DNA of 64,000 nt from Candidatus Cloacimonadales bacterium (GTDB lineage: Bacteria > Cloacimonadota > Cloacimonadia > Cloacimonadales > JAFGVF01). The position numbers and the translations under genes are program-made. Where the stretch lies: positions 2,123,845 through 2,187,844 of the forward strand of contig OY782781.1 of assembly GCA_963678315.1 (NCBI GenBank), given 5' to 3'. Shown here one piece after another: positions 19,719-28,691 of this stretch. Below the pieces are notes generated by a model that saw nothing but the letters and a program-made list of their open reading frames with translations, searched no databases and was not told where the DNA came from. Every line of letters begins with the position of its first letter. The stretch's first letter is position 1.

Positions 19719-20871
19719 CTTTTAGAGCTTCTTCTAATCTGTCCATTGCTTCTATTAGTATAGATTTTGGACAGCCAAAGTTTAATCTCATAAAACCAGT
19801 ACCATTATTACCAAATGTTATGCCTTGATTAAGAGCAAGCCCAGCTTTATTTACACACAATTCTTTTATTTCTTCATCATTAAGACCTGTCTGTCTAAAG
19901 TCAACCCAGGCCAAGAATGTTCCTTCTGGTTTGAGCATTTTAAGCTTAGTAATATTATTGATTCTTTCAACAAGATAATCTGCATTTGCTTCTAGATAGA
20001 CGAGAAGTTCTTCTAACCATGGTTGTCCTTTAGTGTATGCTGAATTAAAAGCAACATTACCTATACTATTTGAACCATAAACATGGATATCAAAGAAGTA
20101 TTTCTTAACCCTTTTGAGAAGTTCTTCATTAGGAACAATCAGTACAGAAGATTGAAGTCCCGCAATATTGAAAGTTTTACTAGGAGCCATTGCTGTAATA
20201 GTAAAGTCAGAGAAATCTTCTAGCATTGAGATAGGTACATGCTTATTTCCCTTATAAATTAAGTCATTATGGATTTCATCTGAGATGAGAATAACATTAT
20301 GTTTCTTACACAAACGTCCAAGCTTGAGAAGTTCTTCTTCTTTCCATACTCTGCCTATTGGATTGTGAGGAGAACAGAATATCATGACTTTAGCATTAGC
20401 TAGCTTCTTATCTAAGTCTTCATAATCCATAGTATAATAACCATCTGTCTCTACAAGCTCATTAATAAGCAACTCTCTATTATGATTACGTACAGCTTCA
20501 CTAAAAGGAGCATAAACTGGTTGTTGGATTACAACTTTATCTCCTTCATTAGTAAGTAATTTTATTAGGAAGTTTATTGCTGGAACAATACCTGGTGACA
20601 TCTGTAGCCATTCTGACTTAATTGACCAATTATGTCTCTGCTCTACATAGTTTATAAAATTAGTAAAATAATCAAAACCTTTGAAGTTATAGCCAAATAT
20701 AGGATGGTCAATTCTTTGCTTGATATCTTCTATAATTTCAGGTGCAGTAGCAAAATCCATATCTGCCACCCAAAGAGCAAGCAGATCATCTCTACCATAC
20801 ATAATTTCCATTGCATCGTATTTAAAACATTTACTAGCTTTTCTGTTATATATCTTATCAAAATTATACAT
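19711..20871 (-). CDS. MalY/PatB-type PLP C-S lyase (cystathionine beta-lyase-like aminotransferase)
   Basis: 386 aa. N-terminal [15 protein letters not shown] and PLP-lysine motif [14 protein letters not shown]. Its start shares one base with the upstream stop (TAATG). Confidence 0.8.
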   Translation of the reverse strand: MYNFDKIYNRKASKCFKYDAMEIMYGRDDLLALWVADMDFATAPEIIEDIKQRIDHPIFGYNFKGFDYFTNFINYVEQRHNWSIKSEWLQMSPGIVPAINFLIKLLTNEGDKVVIQQPVYAPFSEAVRNHNRELLINELVETDGYYTMDYEDLDKKLANAKVMIFCSPHNPIGRVWKEEELLKLGRLCKKHNVILISDEIHNDLIYKGNKHVPISMLEDFSDFTITAMAPSKTFNIAGLQSSVLIVPNEELLKRVKKYFFDIHVYGSNSIGNVAFNSAYTKGQPWLEELLVYLEANADYLVERINNITKLKMLKPEGTFLAWVDFRQTGLNDEEIKELCVNKAGLALNQGITFGNNGTGFMRLNFGCPKSILIEAMDRLEEALKGV

Positions 20872-22835
20872 TATTTCTCCAAAGTGTTTATTGCTAATCC
20901 ATATTCAATTCCAAAAGGATTAATTGCTAGTTGTTCAATCCCTAGTAATTTATTCCAAGCTAAAATAGTTGAAATTGATATATATAGTATTTTTTTGTTT
21001 AGTTGGTTATTATCAATATCTGTATAAGTAAGTTCTTCATTACTATACATAATTGACATGAGCATTTTAGAAAGTTCATTTACATTGAAGTTCTGGACTT
21101 CTACTTCATTATAGAAGAAGTCACTATCTTTTAAAATACAATTAATATTCTGATACACTTTACCTATACCACAAGCAAGTTTTACAGTATGGTCTAATAT
21201 ACTGTGTTTTTGTAGTTTAAGTTCTAAATCATCATATATTTCTTTTTGTATATCAAGAAAGTCATCTGATTGCAATTTATTGTAGTAATAAAGAATACCA
21301 GATTGAATACTAATTTTATTTGTTATAGCCCTATTCTTTATTAGACATATTTCAGTGCTTGAACCTCCAATATCTATAGAATAGAGATTGTATTCTTTAG
21401 GCAAACTATTGATTGCTGAAAGACCTCCAAGCTCGGCTTCTAGAGAAGCGTGTATAAGAACAAGTTCTCTTCTCCAGAGCTCTCTAATCTTAGATTGCAC
21501 AAGATAGAAGTTCTTGCATATTCTGCCTATATTTGTAGCAACTGCTTGTAATGGAATATCTAATACTTGGCACAATTTAAACTGCCAATAACATTTCTCT
21601 ATTGCTTTATCAATTGCTTGCTCCGTAAGTAAGTTGTCTTTCAAGCCTTTACCTAAAGCAGTGATAACAATACTTCTTAAGTGTGGTATAACATTATCTC
21701 CATCTAGTGAATAAATCATCAATGTTGAATTGTTTGTACCAAAATCCAATGTTGCCTTTAAGCTAGTGTATCTAGAAAAATAAGTCTTAATCATATCTAA
21801 GGCTATTTCTTCATTAGCAGGCTTAAATCTATCATATATTATCTTCTGTGGTATTTCATTAGGAAGGGTGATATCTAGCTTACCATTTTCAAGTTTGAAA
21901 TGACTTGATTGAGGATAATGTACTAATTCTGATACTAAAGCATCATCTTCTGGAAAATCATCTCTTGTTGCATAACAAAGATATGTTCCGTTGGAAGATA
22001 CTTCGGCTAAGGTACTATATCCAACCTTAGTGATAACTACATCACAGGCGGATATTAGTGTTGAAAAGTCCACATCACGTGCTAGAATTTTAACATTAGA
22101 TCTTACTTCAATATCAGCATTAGTTAAAAAGAAGTATCTATCATCTTGAGTAAGATTATTAAAATAGCTAATATCGGATAGAATCCCTCCAAATGAGATT
22201 AATACTATAATTTTATCTTTAGGAATATTATATGAAGCACATAGCTCTTCTCTAGAATAGTCTTTTATTTTAACAAGATTACCAAACTTAACAGGATTAG
22301 CCAAGACCTTAACACTTTCCGGAATTGAGAATGGTAATATATAAGATTTGTCTAATCTACTATAAATATCTTCAATCTCCTTGAGTATTACTTTAAACTC
22401 ATTATCTTCTTTTACAAGAGGCATTCCTCTATAGTTAAAATGCCAGTCAAAATTTGTTATTGCATATACTGGAATATCAAGTTCATTAGCCGCAATTATT
22501 GGTAAAATAGGGACATCTACGACTGCAAAATCTATCTTTTGTGAAGTCATAAAGTCTTTTTCCTGAGCTACAAAAGCATCTTTATCAGCCCAGAACTCTT
22601 TAAGTACTTTTATAGTTTTATCAACATCCGGACTTTTCCATGTTGTTTGAAACATTCCTGTGTCAGGTTGAATTTCTCTAAATTGAACAAGTCCTGATTC
22701 TTGTGGAAAAAGGAATCTTGGTCTATCTGAACAAATAACACACTCTATCCCGAATTTAATAAATTCATTTACTAATGCTGCTTGCCTACTTGCATGGCCA
22801 AAACCATGGGATGTTACATAAATTGCTACTTTCAT
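20871..22835 (-). CDS. Fusion protein: N-terminal GT-B glycosyltransferase-like domain + C-terminal ASKHA (Ppx/GppA- or sugar-kinase-like) domain
   Basis: 654 aa. The N-terminus MKVAIYVTSHGFGHASRQAAL resembles GT28/MJ1255-type glycosyltransferases. From about residue 360, TLDFGTNNSTLMIY ... IDIGGSSTEICLI look like the phosphate-1/2 motifs of the actin-like ATPase fold. Confidence 0.6.
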   Translation of the reverse strand: MKVAIYVTSHGFGHASRQAALVNEFIKFGIECVICSDRPRFLFPQESGLVQFREIQPDTGMFQTTWKSPDVDKTIKVLKEFWADKDAFVAQEKDFMTSQKIDFAVVDVPILPIIAANELDIPVYAITNFDWHFNYRGMPLVKEDNEFKVILKEIEDIYSRLDKSYILPFSIPESVKVLANPVKFGNLVKIKDYSREELCASYNIPKDKIIVLISFGGILSDISYFNNLTQDDRYFFLTNADIEVRSNVKILARDVDFSTLISACDVVITKVGYSTLAEVSSNGTYLCYATRDDFPEDDALVSELVHYPQSSHFKLENGKLDITLPNEIPQKIIYDRFKPANEEIALDMIKTYFSRYTSLKATLDFGTNNSTLMIYSLDGDNVIPHLRSIVITALGKGLKDNLLTEQAIDKAIEKCYWQFKLCQVLDIPLQAVATNIGRICKNFYLVQSKIRELWRRELVLIHASLEAELGGLSAINSLPKEYNLYSIDIGGSSTEICLIKNRAITNKISIQSGILYYYNKLQSDDFLDIQKEIYDDLELKLQKHSILDHTVKLACGIGKVYQNINCILKDSDFFYNEVEVQNFNVNELSKMLMSIMYSNEELTYTDIDNNQLNKKILYISISTILAWNKLLGIEQLAINPFGIEYGLAINTLEK

Positions 22836-22837
22836 TA

Positions 22838-23740
22838 TTATATCTTCTTTGCTATCTCACATGCTAGTATTACATTATTCTTAATCAATTCAATATTGCT
22901 ATCTAAAGATTTACCTTTAGTAATCTCGTATAACTTGCTGAGTAAGTATGGTGTTATGTCCTTGCCTGTAATTCCATCTCTGTCTGCATCAATTAAAGCT
23001 TCTTTGATAAATGGATCAATTATTTCAGAAGGAATCTCATTCTCAACAGGTATTGGATTTGCTACTAAAATCCCAGAATCAAGGTCTAAAGATTCTTGAG
23101 TTCTGTATATTTCAGCTATTAAATCAACACTATCAACCCTTCTTACAGCTAATTCAGTTTGTCTTGTATAGAAAGCAGGGAAACTCTTTGTTTTATAACC
23201 TAGAACCGGAACATTATAGCTTTCTAGTACTTCTAAAGTCTTTGGTAAATCTAATATTGCTTTAGCCCCTGCTGATACAACAATAACATTGTTTTCTTTT
23301 AATGAAACTAAATCTGCTGATGCATCTAAGCTATTATCGTATCCTCTATGAATACCTCCAATACCACCAGTGGCAAAGACTTTTAACCCTGCCAATTTAG
23401 CAAGTTTAGATGTTGCAGCAACTGTAGTTCCGCCAGTAAGTTTATTAGCCAAGCAGTAAGCAATATCTCTAACAGATACTTTCTCTACCTGGTCATCTTT
23501 AGCAATTTCTTCTAGTATATCTGAGTCTAAACCAATGTGGATTTGTCCATCGTATAAAGCAATAGTTGCAGGAGTTACTCCATTGTCTCTACAGATTTCT
23601 TCTAGCATTTTAGCAGTTTCTACATTTTGTGGGTATGGCATACCGTGTGTGATAACTGTCGATTCTAATACTACAATAGGTAGTCCATCAAAAAGTGCAT
23701 CCTGTACTTCTTCTGAGTAAGTGAAATATTGTGCTATCAT
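22838..23740 (-). CDS. psuG: Pseudouridine-5'-phosphate glycosidase
   Basis: 300 aa. PIVVLESTVITHGMPYPQNVETA and PATIALYDGQIHIGL segments typical of PsuG/YeiN. Confidence 0.88.
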   Translation of the reverse strand: MIAQYFTYSEEVQDALFDGLPIVVLESTVITHGMPYPQNVETAKMLEEICRDNGVTPATIALYDGQIHIGLDSDILEEIAKDDQVEKVSVRDIAYCLANKLTGGTTVAATSKLAKLAGLKVFATGGIGGIHRGYDNSLDASADLVSLKENNVIVVSAGAKAILDLPKTLEVLESYNVPVLGYKTKSFPAFYTRQTELAVRRVDSVDLIAEIYRTQESLDLDSGILVANPIPVENEIPSEIIDPFIKEALIDADRDGITGKDITPYLLSKLYEITKGKSLDSNIELIKNNVILACEIAKKI

Positions 23741-23743
23741 AGT

Positions 23744-26608
23744 CTACTTCCTACTAGTAATTTTCTTATTTGTGAAGATTTCATTGTCAATTAAAGCTCC
23801 CTTATCAACCTCTTCAAGACTTAAACCATTCCATTTAAGAATTACCCATGAATACTGAGTAAAGTTGAATATATTAGAAGGTGAGCCTATACTATTTTCA
23901 TCATTCCATAGCCAGAAAGATACAGACTTATCTCTAGCAAAAGGACTTTCCATATTCATAATTAGAGAATATTCATCTTCATTATAGACTTTTCCTTTTA
24001 CTTCGAAGAAACCTTCATCGAAAGCAAAACCTGGTATCATTCTTTCTGCAAAGAGAGGGAACAATGGGTTTTGAGTGTATTCTCCCATAAAGAGTAAGGA
24101 TTCCTTTCTCCAGTCAACACTGTTGATTGCTTCGATTGGAAACATAGAAAGCTCAACACCATTTTTCTTTAAAGTATTCGGTACAGAGTATATATCTTCA
24201 AAGTTGTCAGCTGATTTTTGAACTAGGCACAGAGGCTTATCTAAAAATGTTCTTCTTAATCTATAATTGTTCTCATAGGCAGATAATCTACGATACAGCT
24301 TATACTCTGGATCTAAAATTACCTCATCAGCTTCAAAAGCAAATTCTAAACTAGTTATTTCTTTATTTATTCTGTGCTGAGCAACAATAAAATTCTCTTC
24401 GTTGATAAGTTTAACATCAAGTACAAAATCTTTTAATTTCTTATTGTTTTGGATAATCTCTACTCTTGTCATACCATCTTTAACTACTGCACTTTTTACT
24501 AGCACATTTATAGGATAAATATCATCAATAAAGTTATTTAAATTAGGTAATTTAGTTAAGGAAGTAAGCTTAGTAAAGAACTCACGTCCTGATAAAGAGT
24601 TATTGTTATCAAGAATTGTATTTAAAGCATTGAAGAAGCCATATTCTCCAGCTTGATCTTTAATATAGTATAAGAGCATAGCTCCAACTTTAAAGCCCAT
24701 TATAGCGTCGAATTTACTTGTAGGAAGTTCAAAGTTGTATAAATCATAAAACTCATCAAGTGGCATAGCTGTAATATCTTCTAAAGCATCTTTTCTCCAC
24801 ATGGGAGCTTCTGGAGCACGATTCTTTTCTAACCAATAATAATTAGAAATAAAGTTTGCTAATATTTCTGTCCAATTACCATCACTCTTATCCCATTGAC
24901 ATCTTGAATTAATCCACATTCTCGCTAAATCATGACCTAGAACACCTGGAGATGTAAATATCTCATTGCTTTTAAATACAGAATTATCAACTAGCAATAC
25001 ATTTTCATAATATTTAAAATCTCTATCTGCTGATTGCACAATGCTTAAATTATCAAAAGCAAAGGGACCAAAATAGCTAGTATAATCGTTAAAATATTGT
25101 TCTACAGCATATTCATATTCATCAATAAGAGCGAATTCATTCTCATAACAGAAGATAGTTACTTTAGTATCTCCATACTGGAATGACTTTGATATATATA
25201 AATCACCTACTATTTTTAAGCTATTAACTTTGTTACTTGGTTTCCATGTATAATAAATTGTATTGTTCTTGAAAGGAGAGATAGTTAAATTACCAGGAGC
25301 AATAAATTTATACTTATTTGGTGCAATAGCTGACACTTCAAAGTTGCTTTTTTCCCCTAATTTAATAAATGGATGCCATTGATATTCATCTAAAGCAATA
25401 TATGTTATTTTGTTTTTAAGGAGAGGGTATTTATAAATATAAACAAGGGTAATATTCTTTACATCCATATTGATTAATAATTTGTTATATTCATCATTTA
25501 AATCAACTATGTCAAACTCAACTTCTTTCTTGTCTACAAGAACTTTAGCCACTGCTATTTCTTTTGATAGGTAGATTGGTGAATCTCCAATATTATCTGA
25601 AAATGTGATTTCATCTGAAGCGTTAAGCAATCCTACATTAGGTTCTGGAATGAAAGATATTTTATGTTTTAAAATAGACAAATCTTTCATATCTTCACCT
25701 TTATCGTCAGAAAATTCTTCAATAAAGAGACTGTCCTGTTTAATTACTATAGTGAAGTCTCCATGGCCTTTATAGGAAGTATGCCATTGGATGTCTTGAT
25801 TATAATCTATATAAATGGGACTAATAATAGTCTTTTTTAAGAGAGGATTAAGATATTGAAGCTTTTCTGGAATACCGTAGCCAAATCTAGAATGGAATGA
25901 ACCATTTATATGAAAGATCTTGCTATTGTGGTGATACTCAAGAAAATCAAATATACTTTCGGCCATAGTATCATCTTTCAGACAGTTTGCCTGAAACATT
26001 CTTTCTATTAGCAATTCTCTAGTCTGTGAATCAAACTCTAGCGTATCCTGGCTCATAAGTTCAGATATAAAATTGCTTTTGTAAAGGTAGTTTATTGCAT
26101 TAGTTTCTCTAGCAAGCAAATTGGATTCATAATCAGGTAAATTTTTAACAGATTCTAAGCCTTCTTTAATTACTTTGGCAACATACTTTCTTGGTAAACT
26201 TGTAGCTATAACTTTGATACTATCATTTTTAGCTATATTTACTAGAGGAGAATAATCTGTAAGATAATTCTTCCATAATCTACTATTTGAGTCTAATTGT
26301 TCAAATGAATATTCACCATATATAAACTTATCTAAGGCATCTTGAGAATCACGTTCAAACATTTCCATAGCTAGTACAAAAGTAGAATCTATCTCTAATA
26401 CTCTTTTAAATGTTTCTTGTTCAATATAATGCTGTAATGAATCACTATGGTTTTCACCGAAGAATACAACATCACTATAAACAATTCTACTAGCGAGTTC
26501 ATCAATAGTAATTTCATTACCCGTTGAGGAATCAAACATTTTGTATTCTTTACTAAATAAGCATAATACCGACATTAAAACAGCAAGTAACACTAAAAAT
26601 CTTTTCAT
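23744..26608 (-). CDS. Secreted ChaN/DUF399 (haem-binding, Tiki-superfamily)-like domain fused to an M1-peptidase-like domain with degenerate zinc motif
   Basis: 954 aa with a signal peptide. N-terminal VVFFGENHSD ... CLKDDTMAESI is paralogous to ORF 26621-27523. The C-terminal GHDLARMW ... WTEILANF aligns to M1 HELAHQW ... WLNEGFA, but as HDxxR instead of HExxH. Confidence 0.6.
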   Translation of the reverse strand: MKRFLVLLAVLMSVLCLFSKEYKMFDSSTGNEITIDELASRIVYSDVVFFGENHSDSLQHYIEQETFKRVLEIDSTFVLAMEMFERDSQDALDKFIYGEYSFEQLDSNSRLWKNYLTDYSPLVNIAKNDSIKVIATSLPRKYVAKVIKEGLESVKNLPDYESNLLARETNAINYLYKSNFISELMSQDTLEFDSQTRELLIERMFQANCLKDDTMAESIFDFLEYHHNSKIFHINGSFHSRFGYGIPEKLQYLNPLLKKTIISPIYIDYNQDIQWHTSYKGHGDFTIVIKQDSLFIEEFSDDKGEDMKDLSILKHKISFIPEPNVGLLNASDEITFSDNIGDSPIYLSKEIAVAKVLVDKKEVEFDIVDLNDEYNKLLINMDVKNITLVYIYKYPLLKNKITYIALDEYQWHPFIKLGEKSNFEVSAIAPNKYKFIAPGNLTISPFKNNTIYYTWKPSNKVNSLKIVGDLYISKSFQYGDTKVTIFCYENEFALIDEYEYAVEQYFNDYTSYFGPFAFDNLSIVQSADRDFKYYENVLLVDNSVFKSNEIFTSPGVLGHDLARMWINSRCQWDKSDGNWTEILANFISNYYWLEKNRAPEAPMWRKDALEDITAMPLDEFYDLYNFELPTSKFDAIMGFKVGAMLLYYIKDQAGEYGFFNALNTILDNNNSLSGREFFTKLTSLTKLPNLNNFIDDIYPINVLVKSAVVKDGMTRVEIIQNNKKLKDFVLDVKLINEENFIVAQHRINKEITSLEFAFEADEVILDPEYKLYRRLSAYENNYRLRRTFLDKPLCLVQKSADNFEDIYSVPNTLKKNGVELSMFPIEAINSVDWRKESLLFMGEYTQNPLFPLFAERMIPGFAFDEGFFEVKGKVYNEDEYSLIMNMESPFARDKSVSFWLWNDENSIGSPSNIFNFTQYSWVILKWNGLSLEEVDKGALIDNEIFTNKKITSRK

Positions 26609-26620
26609 TTACTATTTCCC

Positions 26621-27523
26621 TTACTTCTTTTCTTCTTCTCTTTCTATTATAATGATAAAATCACCTAATGATTTATAGTCATCTTTCCAGATAAGTTCTT
26701 GACCTATCTCCATGGCAACTGGGGCAATTACAGCAACTTTCAAATGGTTGTTTAGCAGTTTTACTTTCTGAGCTGTTCCTAAGTGAGATGTAGAGTGAAA
26801 CTCTCCATTGATATGTAAAACTTTTGCCTTAGGATTTTCTGCTAAATATTCTACTATTGATTCAGCCATTGTATCATCTTTTAAACACTGAGCTTTGTAG
26901 AAATTCAATATCATTTGATCTTTCATTTTCATTCCATGAGTCTTCATTGATTGCATGGTTTCATAGAAATTTACTTTATATTCATCATCTAATACTACAA
27001 GTTTATTAGCAACATACTTCTTTTCATCTTCAGAGATTCTATCCAATGCTTCTTGTCCTTGCATTGCTATAGAAGAAGCATATCTTCTTGGAACGTTTGC
27101 TGCTATCACATCATGTTTATTCTTGATTGCTATCTGTAGAAGTGGTTCATAATCTTCTTTGTGATTAGGCCATAATCTTGCTTTTTCAGAGAAAGTTTTA
27201 TAATCAATTTTACCAGTAATATATTCATCTAGTTCTTGTTGATTGTCTCTCTCAAACATTTCCATAGACAAAGCTAGCTTGTCACAATTCTTACTAAAAG
27301 ATGAATAAATTTCTTCTTCTAAGCTATGCAATAAAACATCATCATGATATTCACCAAAAAAGATAACATCATAATCTTCAAATTGCTCAACAAGAGACTC
27401 AACATCTTCTATCTGTTTACCAGTTTTTGAATCATATATTCTATATTCTAAGCTGTTTACCGAACAGATAGACAATAAAATTACCATTACTACAATTATA
27501 ATATTTGCATTCATATTATTCAC
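26621..27523 (-). CDS. ChaN/DUF399 family secreted protein
   Basis: 300 aa with a signal peptide. VIFFGEYHDD, ALSMEMFERDNQ, CLKDDTMAESI motifs are shared with the N-terminus of ORF 23744-26608. Confidence 0.7.
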   Translation of the reverse strand: MNNMNANIIIVVMVILLSICSVNSLEYRIYDSKTGKQIEDVESLVEQFEDYDVIFFGEYHDDVLLHSLEEEIYSSFSKNCDKLALSMEMFERDNQQELDEYITGKIDYKTFSEKARLWPNHKEDYEPLLQIAIKNKHDVIAANVPRRYASSIAMQGQEALDRISEDEKKYVANKLVVLDDEYKVNFYETMQSMKTHGMKMKDQMILNFYKAQCLKDDTMAESIVEYLAENPKAKVLHINGEFHSTSHLGTAQKVKLLNNHLKVAVIAPVAMEIGQELIWKDDYKSLGDFIIIIEREEEKK

Positions 27524-28118
27524 CTCTTATTTTGTATTCAATTTTATTACTATTTTTCAATTCTTCTAAATAATCTATTAATTCGGAAGAATGATAATCT
27601 TTAATTTTTATAGTTAGTTCTACATTTGCTGAATATTGATAATCAATAATATCTAGTTCAAACTGACCAAGTCTGTGTTCTAAAATATTCTTAAAATCAT
27701 AGCCTAAAGTAACTATGTAATAATTATAATCTACTAATTCTTCAAGGCCATTTAATTCAATACCTTTTTCTACAGTTTCTCGATAGGCATCTATTAAGCC
27801 TCTAATTCCTAATTTAACTCCTCCAAAATATCTAGTAACTACTGCAACAACATTAGTTAGTTCAAAGTGATTTAGAGCATTTAGCATTGGTTTACCTGCA
27901 GTTCCAGAAGGTTCTCCATTATCAGATGAATGAGCGTATTCCCCACCCTTGCCTACTACATAAGCCCAGCAGTTATGATTTGCTGTCTTGTGTTCTTTGC
28001 TAATGTCATGAATAAAGTCTTTAGCTTCTTCTGGACTTTCTATATATTTGAGATAGCAGATAAACCTACTTCTCTGTATCTTATGTTCAAAAACTTCTTC
28101 TTTTGATATTCTATTCAT
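27516..28118 (-). CDS. YigZ/IMPACT (UPF0029) family protein
   Basis: 200 aa. KIQRSRFICYL, HNCWAY, SSDNGEPSGTAGKPML, VVTRYFGGVKLGIRGL signature. Confidence 0.88.
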   Translation of the reverse strand: MNRISKEEVFEHKIQRSRFICYLKYIESPEEAKDFIHDISKEHKTANHNCWAYVVGKGGEYAHSSDNGEPSGTAGKPMLNALNHFELTNVVAVVTRYFGGVKLGIRGLIDAYRETVEKGIELNGLEELVDYNYYIVTLGYDFKNILEHRLGQFELDIIDYQYSANVELTIKIKDYHSSELIDYLEELKNSNKIEYKIRGE

Positions 28119-28274
28119 ATTAGTTATTAAATTTCCTCTTATAACATATATTGATAAGGGGCTAAATTAGTCAATGATTAACACTATAAATTGAACACTG
28201 AATTCTTATGCTTTTGTGATAAATCGCTTTGTTTTGGTTAAATGCTGTAATTATTTAGCAAAAATCCTGTATGT

Positions 28275-28583
28275 CTAAGTCAGCATCTTTTCATTAACTG
28301 ATTGTACTTTGCCTTTGATTCTATTTTGCTTAGAAGCCCTAAAATCTATTTTTATAGTTATTCCTATTCTTTCATATTCTGCACCGAATTTGTAGAATAT
28401 TCTTCTAACAAGGTCCATAACATGGTCATATTTACCTTCTAGTACAGAACCCATTGGTGTTAAAAGGTGCTGAACTTTTTCATCAGCATTTATAACATCA
28501 AGAACTTGAGCTACAAATGGAGATAGGCTAGTTCCTATATCATAAGTTACTACTACTAATTCACATATTATATTTGTATTCAT
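28275..28583 (-). CDS. MTH1187/YkoF-like (UPF0045) thiamine-binding family protein
   Basis: I prefer the internal ATG at 28583 (MNTNIICELVV...; RBS AAGGAAAAG 5-13 nt upstream) over the track start at 28634. LSPFVAQVLDVI..TPMGSVLEGKYDHVMDLV..ITIKIDFR fits the family pattern. Confidence 0.75.
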   Translation of the reverse strand: MNTNIICELVVVTYDIGTSLSPFVAQVLDVINADEKVQHLLTPMGSVLEGKYDHVMDLVRRIFYKFGAEYERIGITIKIDFRASKQNRIKGKVQSVNEKMLT

Positions 28584-28691
28584 TATACTTTTCCTTTTAT
28601 TAATTATAAGGCATTGGTCAAGGTCCTCCTGCATTAAAAGGCTTCTTTATGCAGGGGACGGTTAAGATCTAATAAGCTGATCTTACTAGAA

